Assembly (NCBI GenBank): GCA_964443345.1
Contig: CAYUCU010000003.1
Location: 5,413-69,412 of the forward strand
Length of the DNA: 64,000 nt
Source of the DNA: an uncultured Chitinophaga sp.
GTDB lineage: Bacteria; Bacteroidota; Bacteroidia; Chitinophagales; Chitinophagaceae
Reading direction: 5' to 3'
Shown: piece by piece, positions 29,304 through 37,931 of the stretch
How positions within the stretch are numbered: position 1 is the stretch's first letter
Layout: every line of letters starts with the position of its first letter
Program-made: the position numbers and the translations under genes
The notes under the pieces: model-generated
What the model was told of the DNA's origin: nothing
Database searches by the model: none
Seen by the model: only the letters and a program-made list of their open reading frames with translations

Positions 29304-31022
29304 ATGCCTTACAGTGCTGATATAAAAAAACTGCCCCGTCATTTTTTACCTGCCGGTTTTTCGATCAAAGACTGGGAAAGCCTCGAACCATATTTTAAAG
29401 ACCTGGATGAAAGAAGTATTACTTCTATCACTGTTCTGGAACAATGGTTGAAAGATGCCAGCGAACTGGAGTCGGTGATCAGCGAAGATGCCTGCTGGCG
29501 ACAGATAAAAATGACCTGCGATACAGAGAATAAAGAACTGGAAGAATCCTTTACTTTCTTTATGATGGAGATCCAGCCAAAGATCCAACCCTACTCCGAC
29601 AAGTTGAATAAAAAACTGGTTGACTGTCCCTTTACCAAAGACCTTGACCAGGATAAATATTTTACCTACCTGCGAAATGTAAAAAAGAATATCGAACTGT
29701 TCCGGGAGATCAACATTCCCATCAATGCAGAGCTGAGTGTGATGCAACAGCAGTTTGGTATTATTTCCGGAAAGATGACAGTGGAAGTAAATGGCCAGGA
29801 ATATACTTTACAACAGGCAGCCAAATTTTTGGAAGACCCCGACCGCAACATCAGGGAAGAAGTTTATCATAAGATCAATAAAAGAAGATTGCAGGATAAA
29901 AAAGAATTGAACGATCTCTTTTCTTCCTTAATACAAAAACGTCACCAGGTAGCCATTAATACCGGCTTTGAAAACTACCGGGATTTCCGGTTTGCAGAAC
30001 TGGGCCGCTTCGATTATACCAAAGAAGATTGTTACCAGTTTCATGAAGCAGTAAAACTGCATGTAATGCCATTGGTAAACCAGATCTACGAGGTCAAAAA
30101 GAAAAAACTGGGATTAGAGACGCTGCGCCCCTGGGATGTGGAAGCGGAACCGGCAGGTATTCAACCGCTTCGTCCTTTTAAAACAGGAGAAGAGCTGACA
30201 GCCAAAACAATTGAATGCTTCAATAAACTCCGGCCATTTTTTGGCGACTGCCTGAAAAAAATGAAAGAGATGGGCCACCTGGACCTGGAAAGCCGGAAAG
30301 GCAAAGCCCCCGGTGGATACAATTGCCCGCTGGCTGAAAGCGGTGCCCCTTTCATTTTTATGAATGCGGCAGGACAACTGGATGATGTGACCACTATGGT
30401 ACATGAAGGAGGACATGCTGTTCATTCCTTCCTGGCACACGGGCTGGAGCTGAATGGCTTCAAAGAATATCCAACCGAAATAGCGGAGGTGGCCAGCATG
30501 AGCATGGAGCTTTTCAGCATGAATCACTGGGAGGTATTTTTCGACAGCAAAGAAGAGCTGAAAAGAGCGAAAGAGCAGCAACTGGAAAGAGTGATCACCA
30601 TTTTTCCCTGGATAGCCACTATCGATAAATTTCAGCATTGGGTATATGAAAACCCGGTGCATACTGTGGAAGCAAGAGCTGCTGAATGGATAACTATTTT
30701 AAACGAATTTTCTTCACCCGTTATTGATTTCTCAGGTCTTGAAGAATACCGCCAGTTCGGCTGGCAGAGACAGTTACACCTGTTTGAAGTGCCTTTTTAT
30801 TATATAGAATATGGAATTGCACAGTTAGGCGCAATTGGCCTCTGGCAGCAGTATAAAGAGAATCCGGACGCAGCGCTTACTAATTATATAACGGCGCTGG
30901 AACTGGGCGGTATGAAGACCCTGCCCGCATTATTTGAGGCGGCCGGCCTCCGGTTCGACCTTTCTCCCGCCTGCATCAGCCAGCTGATGCAGTTTGTAAA
31001 GAAGGAAATGGATAACCTGTAA
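29304..31022 (+). CDS. M3 family oligoendopeptidase (PepF-like)
   Basis: Start reset to MPYSADIK (ATG 29304). HEGGH zinc motif, AEVASMSME, YYIEYG. Confidence 0.93.
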   Translation: MPYSADIKKLPRHFLPAGFSIKDWESLEPYFKDLDERSITSITVLEQWLKDASELESVISEDACWRQIKMTCDTENKELEESFTFFMMEIQPKIQPYSDKLNKKLVDCPFTKDLDQDKYFTYLRNVKKNIELFREINIPINAELSVMQQQFGIISGKMTVEVNGQEYTLQQAAKFLEDPDRNIREEVYHKINKRRLQDKKELNDLFSSLIQKRHQVAINTGFENYRDFRFAELGRFDYTKEDCYQFHEAVKLHVMPLVNQIYEVKKKKLGLETLRPWDVEAEPAGIQPLRPFKTGEELTAKTIECFNKLRPFFGDCLKKMKEMGHLDLESRKGKAPGGYNCPLAESGAPFIFMNAAGQLDDVTTMVHEGGHAVHSFLAHGLELNGFKEYPTEIAEVASMSMELFSMNHWEVFFDSKEELKRAKEQQLERVITIFPWIATIDKFQHWVYENPVHTVEARAAEWITILNEFSSPVIDFSGLEEYRQFGWQRQLHLFEVPFYYIEYGIAQLGAIGLWQQYKENPDAALTNYITALELGGMKTLPALFEAAGLRFDLSPACISQLMQFVKKEMDNL

Positions 31023-31044
31023 AAAATACCACATTTGTGGTATG

Positions 31045-31182
31045 CATTAAATTCGGAAATCTGGTTATCACCGCCTATTTTTGGTTTCGAATCCTGATGC
31101 CATTCCAGGCATTTTAAAATAGCTACTAATCAGAGCCTTAACCAAAAAGTCCCGATGTTTCTACACCGGGGCTTTGTTTTTT
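31045..31182 (+). ncRNA. Candidate structured small RNA
   Basis: Nested stems 31060-67/31127-34, 31075-81/31116-22 and 31097-101/31108-12, followed by a terminator. No ORF. Confidence 0.4.
31146..31182 (+). terminator. Rho-independent terminator
   Basis: AAAGTCCCGATG-TTTCTA-CACCGGGGCTTT then GTTTTTT. Confidence 0.7.
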
Positions 31183-31226
31183 ATCCTGTCCCCCGTCGCG
31201 GCGGGGAACTTAGGTCATAGCTTCAC

Positions 31227-31673
31227 TTAGTTTTTTTTGCAATTCTTACAAATCCCTTCCACCACTACTTCCACATGACCGGCGGTATATCCTTTGGGTA
31301 ATTTTATTTCCGGCGTCACCACATCATCCAGGCAATACGTGTTGCCACAATTGTTACAAACAAAATGTATATGATGATCATGATGGTGGCCTTCTGAACA
31401 CTCGTCTTTACATAAAGCATAGCGAATGGAATTATCTGCAGTAGGAATGGTATGAATGATCCCTTTGTCCACAAAAGTTTGCAGGGTGCGGTACACTGTT
31501 ACCCGGTCAAATTTTTCTCCGGCCCTTTTTTCAATATCCCCATGTGCCAGCGCACCCGTTTGTTCCAGGAAAAGCTGCAATATTCTCTTCCGGCTGTCGG
31601 TAATACTCATGTTATTACGTTTCAGAAGGGCCTCTATCTGGTCTGATACCGGTATGGCGTTCTTTGTCTGCAT
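31227..31673 (-). CDS. Fur family transcriptional regulator (Zur-like)
   Basis: DRVTVYRTL, HHHDHHIHFVCNNCG, CKNC. A -7 box TAAATTTG at 31682-31689 (minus) favours the MQTK start. Confidence 0.9.
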   Translation of the reverse strand: MQTKNAIPVSDQIEALLKRNNMSITDSRKRILQLFLEQTGALAHGDIEKRAGEKFDRVTVYRTLQTFVDKGIIHTIPTADNSIRYALCKDECSEGHHHDHHIHFVCNNCGNTYCLDDVVTPEIKLPKGYTAGHVEVVVEGICKNCKKN

Positions 31674-31712
31674 GTACACTGCAAATTTATTGTTTTTTTG
31701 ATGCTGCTGCTG

Positions 31713-32321
31713 TCATTCCTTTAGCAGCCGTTTGGCATCTTTTATCAGGTCCCTCACTTCCGTTTCTTTTATGCCATCATATATTTTCCGTACATCGCCG
31801 TTCTTATCCACCAATGCCCAAAACTGTGTATGCAAAAAATCGTCTTCAGTGTTTTTGAGGTTATTCGCCGGATCATCTATTGTATAGCTTATCCTTGCCA
31901 TATTATAGAGGCTGTCTTTTCTTCCTGTAAGAAACATCCAATTGCTGCTATTCACCCCCAGCGAATCGGCATATCTTTTAAGCTGTGCTACCGTGTCGAT
32001 CCGGGGATCACAAGTGTGAGAAAGAATGAGAAAGTTCTTTTCATTTTTGAATTCTTCATGCACCAGCTTCATGTAATTATTCATGATAGGGCAGATGGTC
32101 TTACAGGTGGTGAAGAAATACTCCGCCACAAATACTTTTCCGGCCACGTCCTTTTCTGTTATCATTTTACCATCCTGGTTGGTAAAGGCAAAAGGCCGTA
32201 TAAAACTGATGGGTGCCACTTTTCGTTTGGCATAATCAGGGATCAACAGGGTAAGGGCATAATAAAAACCAACCGCCAATACCACAAAAAAACTGAGATA
32301 AAACAACTTCTTTTTCGACAT
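31713..32321 (-). CDS. SCO family protein (Cu chaperone / thioredoxin fold)
   Basis: Start MSKKK (ATG 32321). N-terminal TM, FFTTCKTICP (CxxxC), FLHT. -7 box TAACTTTG at 32339-32346 (minus). Confidence 0.9.
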   Translation of the reverse strand: MSKKKLFYLSFFVVLAVGFYYALTLLIPDYAKRKVAPISFIRPFAFTNQDGKMITEKDVAGKVFVAEYFFTTCKTICPIMNNYMKLVHEEFKNEKNFLILSHTCDPRIDTVAQLKRYADSLGVNSSNWMFLTGRKDSLYNMARISYTIDDPANNLKNTEDDFLHTQFWALVDKNGDVRKIYDGIKETEVRDLIKDAKRLLKE

Positions 32322-32384
32322 GCTGTTCAATTGAACGGCAAAGTTACGCCTCAATCAGTCTCGCTTAGTAAAAGGAAACAAGAT

Positions 32385-32415
32385 TTTGCAACTGTGTTGC
32401 TTTTCTGTACCTTTG
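32385..32415 (+). promoter_or_regulatory. Bacteroidota promoter (-33/-7) overlapped by palindromic operator GCAAC-N3-GTTGC
   Basis: TTTG 32385-88, 19-nt spacer, TACCTTTG 32408-15. Palindrome at 32388-32400. Confidence 0.65.
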
Positions 32416-32423
32416 TCAGCTTC

Positions 32424-32816
32424 ATGAAACTGAAAATAAACTGGGATGCATTAGGGATCGGGGCCTCTCTGGCCTGTGCCATACACTGTGCCCTGCTTCC
32501 GCTGTTTCTCAGCAGCCTGCCCCTGTTTGGTATAAACATTATTCACAATACCGCTTTTGAGATCGGGATGATCCTGCTTGCTCTTTGCATTGGTTCCTAT
32601 TCCCTTTATCATGGTTATAAAAAACACCACCACAGCCTGCTGCCCCTTACCCTTTTCTTTGGTGGTTTTATTTTTTTGGTGCTGAAACAATTTTTTATTG
32701 ATTACGAACCCTGGCTGTTGGTTCCTGCTGTTGCCCTGATCATTACCGCCCACCTTATCAACTATAAATCCTGCCGGGTGCATAATCATGCACATGCTGA
32801 TGATTGTAATCACTAA
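32424..32816 (+). CDS. MerC domain membrane protein with His-rich tail
   Basis: MKLKINWDALGIGASLACAIHCALLP, 4 TM segments, tail HNHAHADDCNH. It is the C-terminal part of the spurious 328-aa ORF. Confidence 0.85.
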   Translation: MKLKINWDALGIGASLACAIHCALLPLFLSSLPLFGINIIHNTAFEIGMILLALCIGSYSLYHGYKKHHHSLLPLTLFFGGFIFLVLKQFFIDYEPWLLVPAVALIITAHLINYKSCRVHNHAHADDCNH

Positions 32817-32912
32817 GTCCCTGTCTCCAAAGGGAAACGCAGGCCTGGCCCTCTTTATATTTCCCGATACTTAAAAAAACAAGTCGTAAATTTTCATTAT
32901 TAAACAGTTCTG

Positions 32913-33338
32913 ATGAAAAAAATTATTATCCTTTCGATACTCTTGGCTGCCACTGAAGTGGTGTCTGCACAATCAAAAGATGAAACGGCCATTCGCCAAT
33001 TGCTGGATCAGCAAACCGCTGCCTGGAACCGGGGCGATGTACTAAACTTTATGAATGGCTATTGGGAAAACGACTCGCTGATGTTTATTGGTAAAAGCGG
33101 GGTGACCTATGGCTGGACCAACACCTTAAACAACTATAAAAAAGGATACCCGGACACTGCGGCTATGGGCAAGCTTATATTTACACTGATACAGGTAAAA
33201 AAACTTTCTAAAAAATATTACCATGTTACCGGTAAATGGTTTTTGAAAAGAAGCATTGGAGATGTAAGCGGGCATTATACCCTGTTGTTTCAAAAGATCA
33301 ATGGCCGCTGGGTGATCATTTCTGATCACAGCAGTTAG
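32913..33338 (+). CDS. NTF2-like / DUF4440 secreted protein
   Basis: Signal peptide, QTAAWNRGD...FMNGYW, WVIISDHSS. Confidence 0.85.
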   Translation: MKKIIILSILLAATEVVSAQSKDETAIRQLLDQQTAAWNRGDVLNFMNGYWENDSLMFIGKSGVTYGWTNTLNNYKKGYPDTAAMGKLIFTLIQVKKLSKKYYHVTGKWFLKRSIGDVSGHYTLLFQKINGRWVIISDHSS

Positions 33339-33410
33339 TTTACCATAGTTTTTCTTTTTGAAAATAAATTCCAGTCCTTGATTTTAGCTTCCCGGGATAG
33401 TGGGTAAAAA

Positions 33411-33483
33411 CATTTCGCTCCTACGGAGCTCTGGTATCGCTAACGCTGTATACTATCTACTATCATTTCGGCCCGATGGGCCT
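33411..33483 (+). repeat. Pair of REP-like hairpins
   Basis: CATTTC-GCTCC-TAC-GGAGC-T (33411-33430) and CATTTC-GGCCC-GAT-GGGCC-T (33464-33483). Confidence 0.55.
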
Positions 33484-33561
33484 TTGGGGTAGTGGGTCCG
33501 TTTGTAAATTTGTCGTCTTAAAACGCCTTTGAGCCTAACCCACTACTGCCTTTGGAAACCT

Positions 33562-33789
33562 TCACTCTTTATTCCATTTTTTGTATAAATACCATATCAG
33601 CCACACCAGGCTGCCAATAGCGCAAACATAAAAAATGATAGTGTAGATCAGTGGCTTGCCATTGGTGTATCCCAATTCAAAATAGAGCCCCGCAGTGGCA
33701 CAGGCTATCATCCACATCAGCCCGAGGGCAATAGAGTTGATGATCTTTACAAAAAAACTTTTTACATCATCATCCCAGCCGCTTGCCAT
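33562..33789 (-). CDS. Small two-TM membrane protein
   Basis: Start MASGWDDDVK (ATG 33789), two hydrophobic helices, basic tail. Confidence 0.7.
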   Translation of the reverse strand: MASGWDDDVKSFFVKIINSIALGLMWMIACATAGLYFELGYTNGKPLIYTIIFYVCAIGSLVWLIWYLYKKWNKE

Positions 33790-33845
33790 GGTACAATATT
33801 TCAGATAGAAAAGTACAACATTTGAGCAGCAATTGCAGCAACTGT

Positions 33846-34619
33846 TCAATCAATAAGAATTTTTTTGAACTCGGTGGAGTCTCCGTTGAATACATTGAAA
33901 TCCACTTTGGAAACAATTCCATTCACCCTTCCTTCATCACTGTGCTGCCAGAAGGTCCAGCTTCTGCCAATACGGGGTTGGTCGGGCCGGTAATAATGGG
34001 CGGCCCACAACGGGTACTTGTCAAACTCATCCCCCAGGTTACGGTTATAAAAATCCACATTGGTATAAATGATCGGCTTTACCCCATAATGCACTTCCAC
34101 AAGCTGCAGCCATTTTCGCACTTCATTTTTCAATTGGGCCACAGAGGTGCCATTCAGTTGTTCCACATCTAATACAGGCGGCAGGTCGCAGCTTTCCAGC
34201 TTTACGTTGTCAATAAAATTTTCCGCCTGCTGTTTTCCATCTTTGGAAGCAATAAAAAAATGATACGCCCCGCGGGGAAGCCCGGCTTCTTTTGCTCTTT
34301 TCCAGTTTCGTTTGAATTGCGGATCGGAGGAAGACGTTCCTTGTGTGGCTTTTATAAAAGCGAATCCCATCTGGATCTGCTGCACTTTCATTTTCTTCAC
34401 CTCGTCCCAGGCGATAACCGATTGGTATTTTGAAACATCAATGCCATGTATATCATACCCACCGGGAATGGATATGCCAAACTCTTCGTAGCGGGTATAT
34501 TTTGCTTTACGGTAAGTAAGCCATTGAAAGATGATCAGGGCGGCCACGCAGAACAACGCTGTGCCAAACACTATAAAGACGAATCGCTGAATACGCTTTT
34601 TTTGCTTGCGTGAAAACAT
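33846..34619 (-). CDS. GH25 lysozyme/muramidase, membrane anchored
   Basis: GIDVSKYQ, IKATQG, GAYHFF, PPVLDVE, WQHS, VDFNVF. N-terminal TM. Confidence 0.92.
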   Translation of the reverse strand: MFSRKQKKRIQRFVFIVFGTALFCVAALIIFQWLTYRKAKYTRYEEFGISIPGGYDIHGIDVSKYQSVIAWDEVKKMKVQQIQMGFAFIKATQGTSSSDPQFKRNWKRAKEAGLPRGAYHFFIASKDGKQQAENFIDNVKLESCDLPPVLDVEQLNGTSVAQLKNEVRKWLQLVEVHYGVKPIIYTNVDFYNRNLGDEFDKYPLWAAHYYRPDQPRIGRSWTFWQHSDEGRVNGIVSKVDFNVFNGDSTEFKKILID

Positions 34620-34734
34620 TGGGTGGCGGGTGGTTTTGCTTTGTTACTGATCCCTTTACACAGCGGTGAAGATAAAGTGCAGGCTGAAAACAGGATGTGA
34701 AAAGTTGGGGCTTTTTCTGCTAAAGGCAGGGCGG

Positions 34735-35055
34735 ACCTGTTAAAAGGATAGGCACCGCCTAATAAACAGTTAGGCGTGCCTATTAAAAGGTTAGGTACCC
34801 CCTAATAGATTATTAGGCGGACCTATTAAAAGGTTAGGTACTACCTAATAGATTATTAGGTCGACCTATTAAAACGCTAGGTACTACCTAATAGATTATT
34901 AGGTCGACCTATTAAAAGGTTAGGTACCACCTAATAGATTATTAGGTCGACCTATTAACAGGTTAGGTACTACCTAATAGATTATTAGGTCAACCTATTA
35001 AAACGCTAGGTACCACCTAATAAATAATTAGGTCGGCCTATTAAAATGATAGGTC
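34735..35055. repeat. Non-coding tandem array, ~7.5 x 43 bp, each unit made of two ACCTA-N9-TAGGT palindromes
   Basis: Units start at 34735, 34778, 34821, 34864, 34907, 34950, 34993 and 35036 (partial). Consensus ACCTATTAAAAGGTTAGGTACTACCTAATAGATTATTAGGTCG. Confidence 0.95.
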
Positions 35056-35329
35056 AGCCCATTGATAATGATACATTTAGTCTTTTTGGGCCAGGAAAAA
35101 GTGGCGGATAACCTATTGACGGAGAGACCAAGTCGGGACAGTTGCGAAAATTGATAGGGGTCGATAAGGCGGTTCAAAGAAAGGAAGGCGACAGTCATAA
35201 AAGGTGCCTTTAAAAAAGAATCGCAGGTATTAATGGCAAAGATCTGTCATCATTTACTGCTCTTTTTCTTCAAAAGGGCCGGTTTTTCTATCACCTGTTA
35301 GTGGTATTGCTTTGCGTTTGCCCTGCGGC

Positions 35330-35337
35330 TACCTTTG
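35330..35337 (+). promoter_or_regulatory. Bacteroidota -7 promoter element
   Basis: TACCTTTG 80 nt upstream of ATG 35418. Confidence 0.55.
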
Positions 35338-35417
35338 CCCTCTGCATTTATTAATGAGATACCAGTTGTAGTAAACAAAGGCAGTTCTCAATTAACCATT
35401 AAACCAAACCACATTTT

Positions 35418-37856
35418 ATGTTACGATCTTTATCAACGGCCTTTGCCGCAGTTCTCCTCTGCACCGGGGCCTTTTCACAAAACAAAAGCGAAGTAAAAAA
35501 TTATCCCCGCAATCACACTGCAGGTGAAGTAGCCCTGCTGCAACAATGGACCGAAAGCGATGGTACCCGTTCGTTTACCGCTTACACCATTGATGTGCCG
35601 GTGGCAGGTACTTATTCCATTGCAGTGGTGTCCAACCTGCAAAGTGGGGCGTCGCTTCCTGTTATTGTTGATGACCGGTCTTCTTCATTCCGCATCAATG
35701 CGGCTGAAAGCGGCTGGCAAAAAACAACTGTTTCAGCTTTGACAAAAAATGATGCTGCCGGTTTGTATCTTACTGCAGGCCGTCATACCATTAAACTAAG
35801 CTTAGCCGGTAATATACCGCCACTGGTGGACCAGGTCAGTTTCAGTCGCAGTGGTTCTCATGCTGAATTAGATGCTAACTGGCAGCAGTTTTCCTCACGC
35901 CTGGCACAATGGAAGCAGGAGCAACCTGTTTCCATCGCTCCCGCAGCCGATAAGTACCAGCCTTCATTTGATAAAGTGCTGAGCAATCCTGAAGGCAATT
36001 ACGACCATGCCATTGATACCGGCTTTACCTATTCCACTTTTCAATGGGTGTACTTAACAGCCGGCACTACTTATACCTTCGCCACCAACAACTCTACCAA
36101 AGACCCGGTACTGCATCTTTTTGATCCCGCTAATATAGATACACGTTCCTGGTATGATGATGATTATAACGGTACCTGGGAAAGTAACCTGGTAGTGAAC
36201 ATTACCGTTAGCGGCAGCTATGCCCTGTTGTTACGTCCTTATTATGCTTCGCAAAGCGGTACTACCAATGTTACACAAAACGGCGTACCAATTATTAGCA
36301 ATACACCAATCGGCGGGCAACGGTTTGCCACAACACTCAGAACAGGTAACCTTAATTATTTTACTGCCAAACTCAGCGGCGTAAATCCCGATACACGCAT
36401 TTTTACATTATTGACTTCAGGCAGCTCCGTTACCGGGTATAATGATGATTATTATAATGCCAGCGGTGGCACCTGGAACTGGTCATTGTGCTCCCGCATC
36501 AAAAAGAACTATGCCGCTGCCAGCAGCTATGTATATGTGTGTGCTTACAATACTTCTAAAACAGGCAATTGTGATGTGTATATGGGAAATATAGCGGCCA
36601 CGCTGCCAACCTCTGGTGAAGCAGGCAACTTCCCCTTGCTGAAAGGCGAAGATGCGATACAGACTGCACCCAGCACTGGTACTTATAACTGTATTGCCTG
36701 GAGCGGTGGTATCACCACTTCATGGGAATGGCCCCCAAGCAATTGGTCTACCTGGTATGTGGCAGGAAATCCGTTGGCTGGTTTTGATAAATATTATTCC
36801 AATACCCCGGCCCGTTTCCCCGGTGCCTGGAATTATACCCGCACAGGAGCTACTGTTTCCAATTCAGTGGTGGACCTGTGGAAGACAGCCAGTGATTATA
36901 CACATGCTTCGGTAACAAAGCCCGGCAATAATAACCCGCATGGGTATGATTGGGAAAGCAAGCCCGGCGGTTTCGACCGGACCCTGCATCCCCGCAATGC
37001 ACTGCAGAATGCCAACTGGTACGGATCGGTATCTAATTATTATAAACCTACCGGTACGTATGCACGCCTGCCCATTGCTGCAGGTACATTTGAAACAGAT
37101 ATGGATGCGGTGAACGCCGGTGTGGCTGTTATTGACAGAGCAAGCCTAACTAATGGTGCACAGGAGAAACTACGTTCCATGTTATCAAGAACAGATGCTT
37201 CATTTATAAATAAGTTCAACGAGCTGTATGCTGCCTGGGATAAAACGAAAGCAAAGAATGCTTCGCTTAGCGATCCTTCGATGTATTGCAGGAATACCGA
37301 GTTTGAAAACCTGGCGGCATTCAGCCAAAAAAATACTACTGCTGCCATGCTGTTGTCGTTTGACAAATTTGTGAACAATGGTGATCATTATATTGGGGAA
37401 CTGGTATTGTTGCTCACAACAAATCAGTATGGCCGTTTATTGACCGAGGTAAGAACAGAACGGTTAGAAAATCCAAATGATGCACAGGGCCGGTATAAGA
37501 TTCATGGTGATCATGATAACGGAGTGCTGTATGTAGAAAAGATACTGAAGCAGCTGGATGAAAAAGCGTTCATAAGCCCGGTGGAAGAAGCTATTATCGT
37601 AACCATTTCACCCAACCCGGTGAAAGATCAGTTTACCGTACAGGTAAATCTGAAAACAGCAGGTCGTGTTAGTGTACAGGCCGTATCTGCACAAAGCCGT
37701 GTTTCAAGAGAGTTGCGTTCAGAGATCGAACTGCCGGCAGGTACCCACCGCTTTAGCGCCAATGCAAAAAACTTTGGTTCATCAGCCGGAGATATTATTG
37801 CTGTACAGGTGAGAGTAAATGGAGTATTGCATACTGCAAAAGTGCTGGTGCTCTAA
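35418..37856 (+). CDS. T9SS-secreted multidomain protein: CBM-like, two PPC-like domains, DUF7689-like Cys-His domain, type A CTD
   Basis: Signal peptide, YTIDVPVAGTY...LTAGRHTIKL, DPVLHLFD...DDDYNG, YNCIAWSGG...THAS...WESKPG, C-terminal ISPNPVKD...TAKVLVL. Confidence 0.8.
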   Translation: MLRSLSTAFAAVLLCTGAFSQNKSEVKNYPRNHTAGEVALLQQWTESDGTRSFTAYTIDVPVAGTYSIAVVSNLQSGASLPVIVDDRSSSFRINAAESGWQKTTVSALTKNDAAGLYLTAGRHTIKLSLAGNIPPLVDQVSFSRSGSHAELDANWQQFSSRLAQWKQEQPVSIAPAADKYQPSFDKVLSNPEGNYDHAIDTGFTYSTFQWVYLTAGTTYTFATNNSTKDPVLHLFDPANIDTRSWYDDDYNGTWESNLVVNITVSGSYALLLRPYYASQSGTTNVTQNGVPIISNTPIGGQRFATTLRTGNLNYFTAKLSGVNPDTRIFTLLTSGSSVTGYNDDYYNASGGTWNWSLCSRIKKNYAAASSYVYVCAYNTSKTGNCDVYMGNIAATLPTSGEAGNFPLLKGEDAIQTAPSTGTYNCIAWSGGITTSWEWPPSNWSTWYVAGNPLAGFDKYYSNTPARFPGAWNYTRTGATVSNSVVDLWKTASDYTHASVTKPGNNNPHGYDWESKPGGFDRTLHPRNALQNANWYGSVSNYYKPTGTYARLPIAAGTFETDMDAVNAGVAVIDRASLTNGAQEKLRSMLSRTDASFINKFNELYAAWDKTKAKNASLSDPSMYCRNTEFENLAAFSQKNTTAAMLLSFDKFVNNGDHYIGELVLLLTTNQYGRLLTEVRTERLENPNDAQGRYKIHGDHDNGVLYVEKILKQLDEKAFISPVEEAIIVTISPNPVKDQFTVQVNLKTAGRVSVQAVSAQSRVSRELRSEIELPAGTHRFSANAKNFGSSAGDIIAVQVRVNGVLHTAKVLVL

Positions 37857-37876
37857 TATTATTTGAGTTAAAAAAG

Positions 37877-37915
37877 AAAAGAGTTGACATCTTTTAAAGG
37901 TGTCAACTCTTTTTT
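37877..37915 (+). terminator. Rho-independent terminator
   Basis: AAAAGAGTTGACATCTT / AAGGTGTCAACTCTTTT followed by T tract. Confidence 0.85.
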
Positions 37916-37931
37916 ATGTAAATCAATACAG

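Noticed and set aside
31083-31094. tRNA gene (TpsiC-like GGTTTCGAATCC)
   Set aside because: It has an extra T, and no acceptor stem, D arm or anticodon arm can be built. Kept only as an sRNA candidate.
31830-32423. N-terminal 198 aa of the 328-aa ORF
   Set aside because: It is the antisense shadow of the sco gene. A consensus promoter at 32385-32415 supports the real start at ATG 32424 (MerC domain).
32424-32816. Mercury resistance operon
   Set aside because: No merA, merR, merP or merT. The context (Fur family, His-rich tail) suggests nutrient-metal handling.
33483-33512. Plus-strand promoter-like TTTG-N18-TAAATTTG pointing antisense into 33562-33789
   Set aside because: No convincing ORF, structure or terminator downstream. 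An 8-bp motif can occur by chance in AT-rich DNA.
34735-35055. CRISPR array or repetitive coding sequence
   Set aside because: The units are contiguous with no unique spacers, and no cas genes are present. The 43-bp period is not a multiple of 3 and every frame hits stops.
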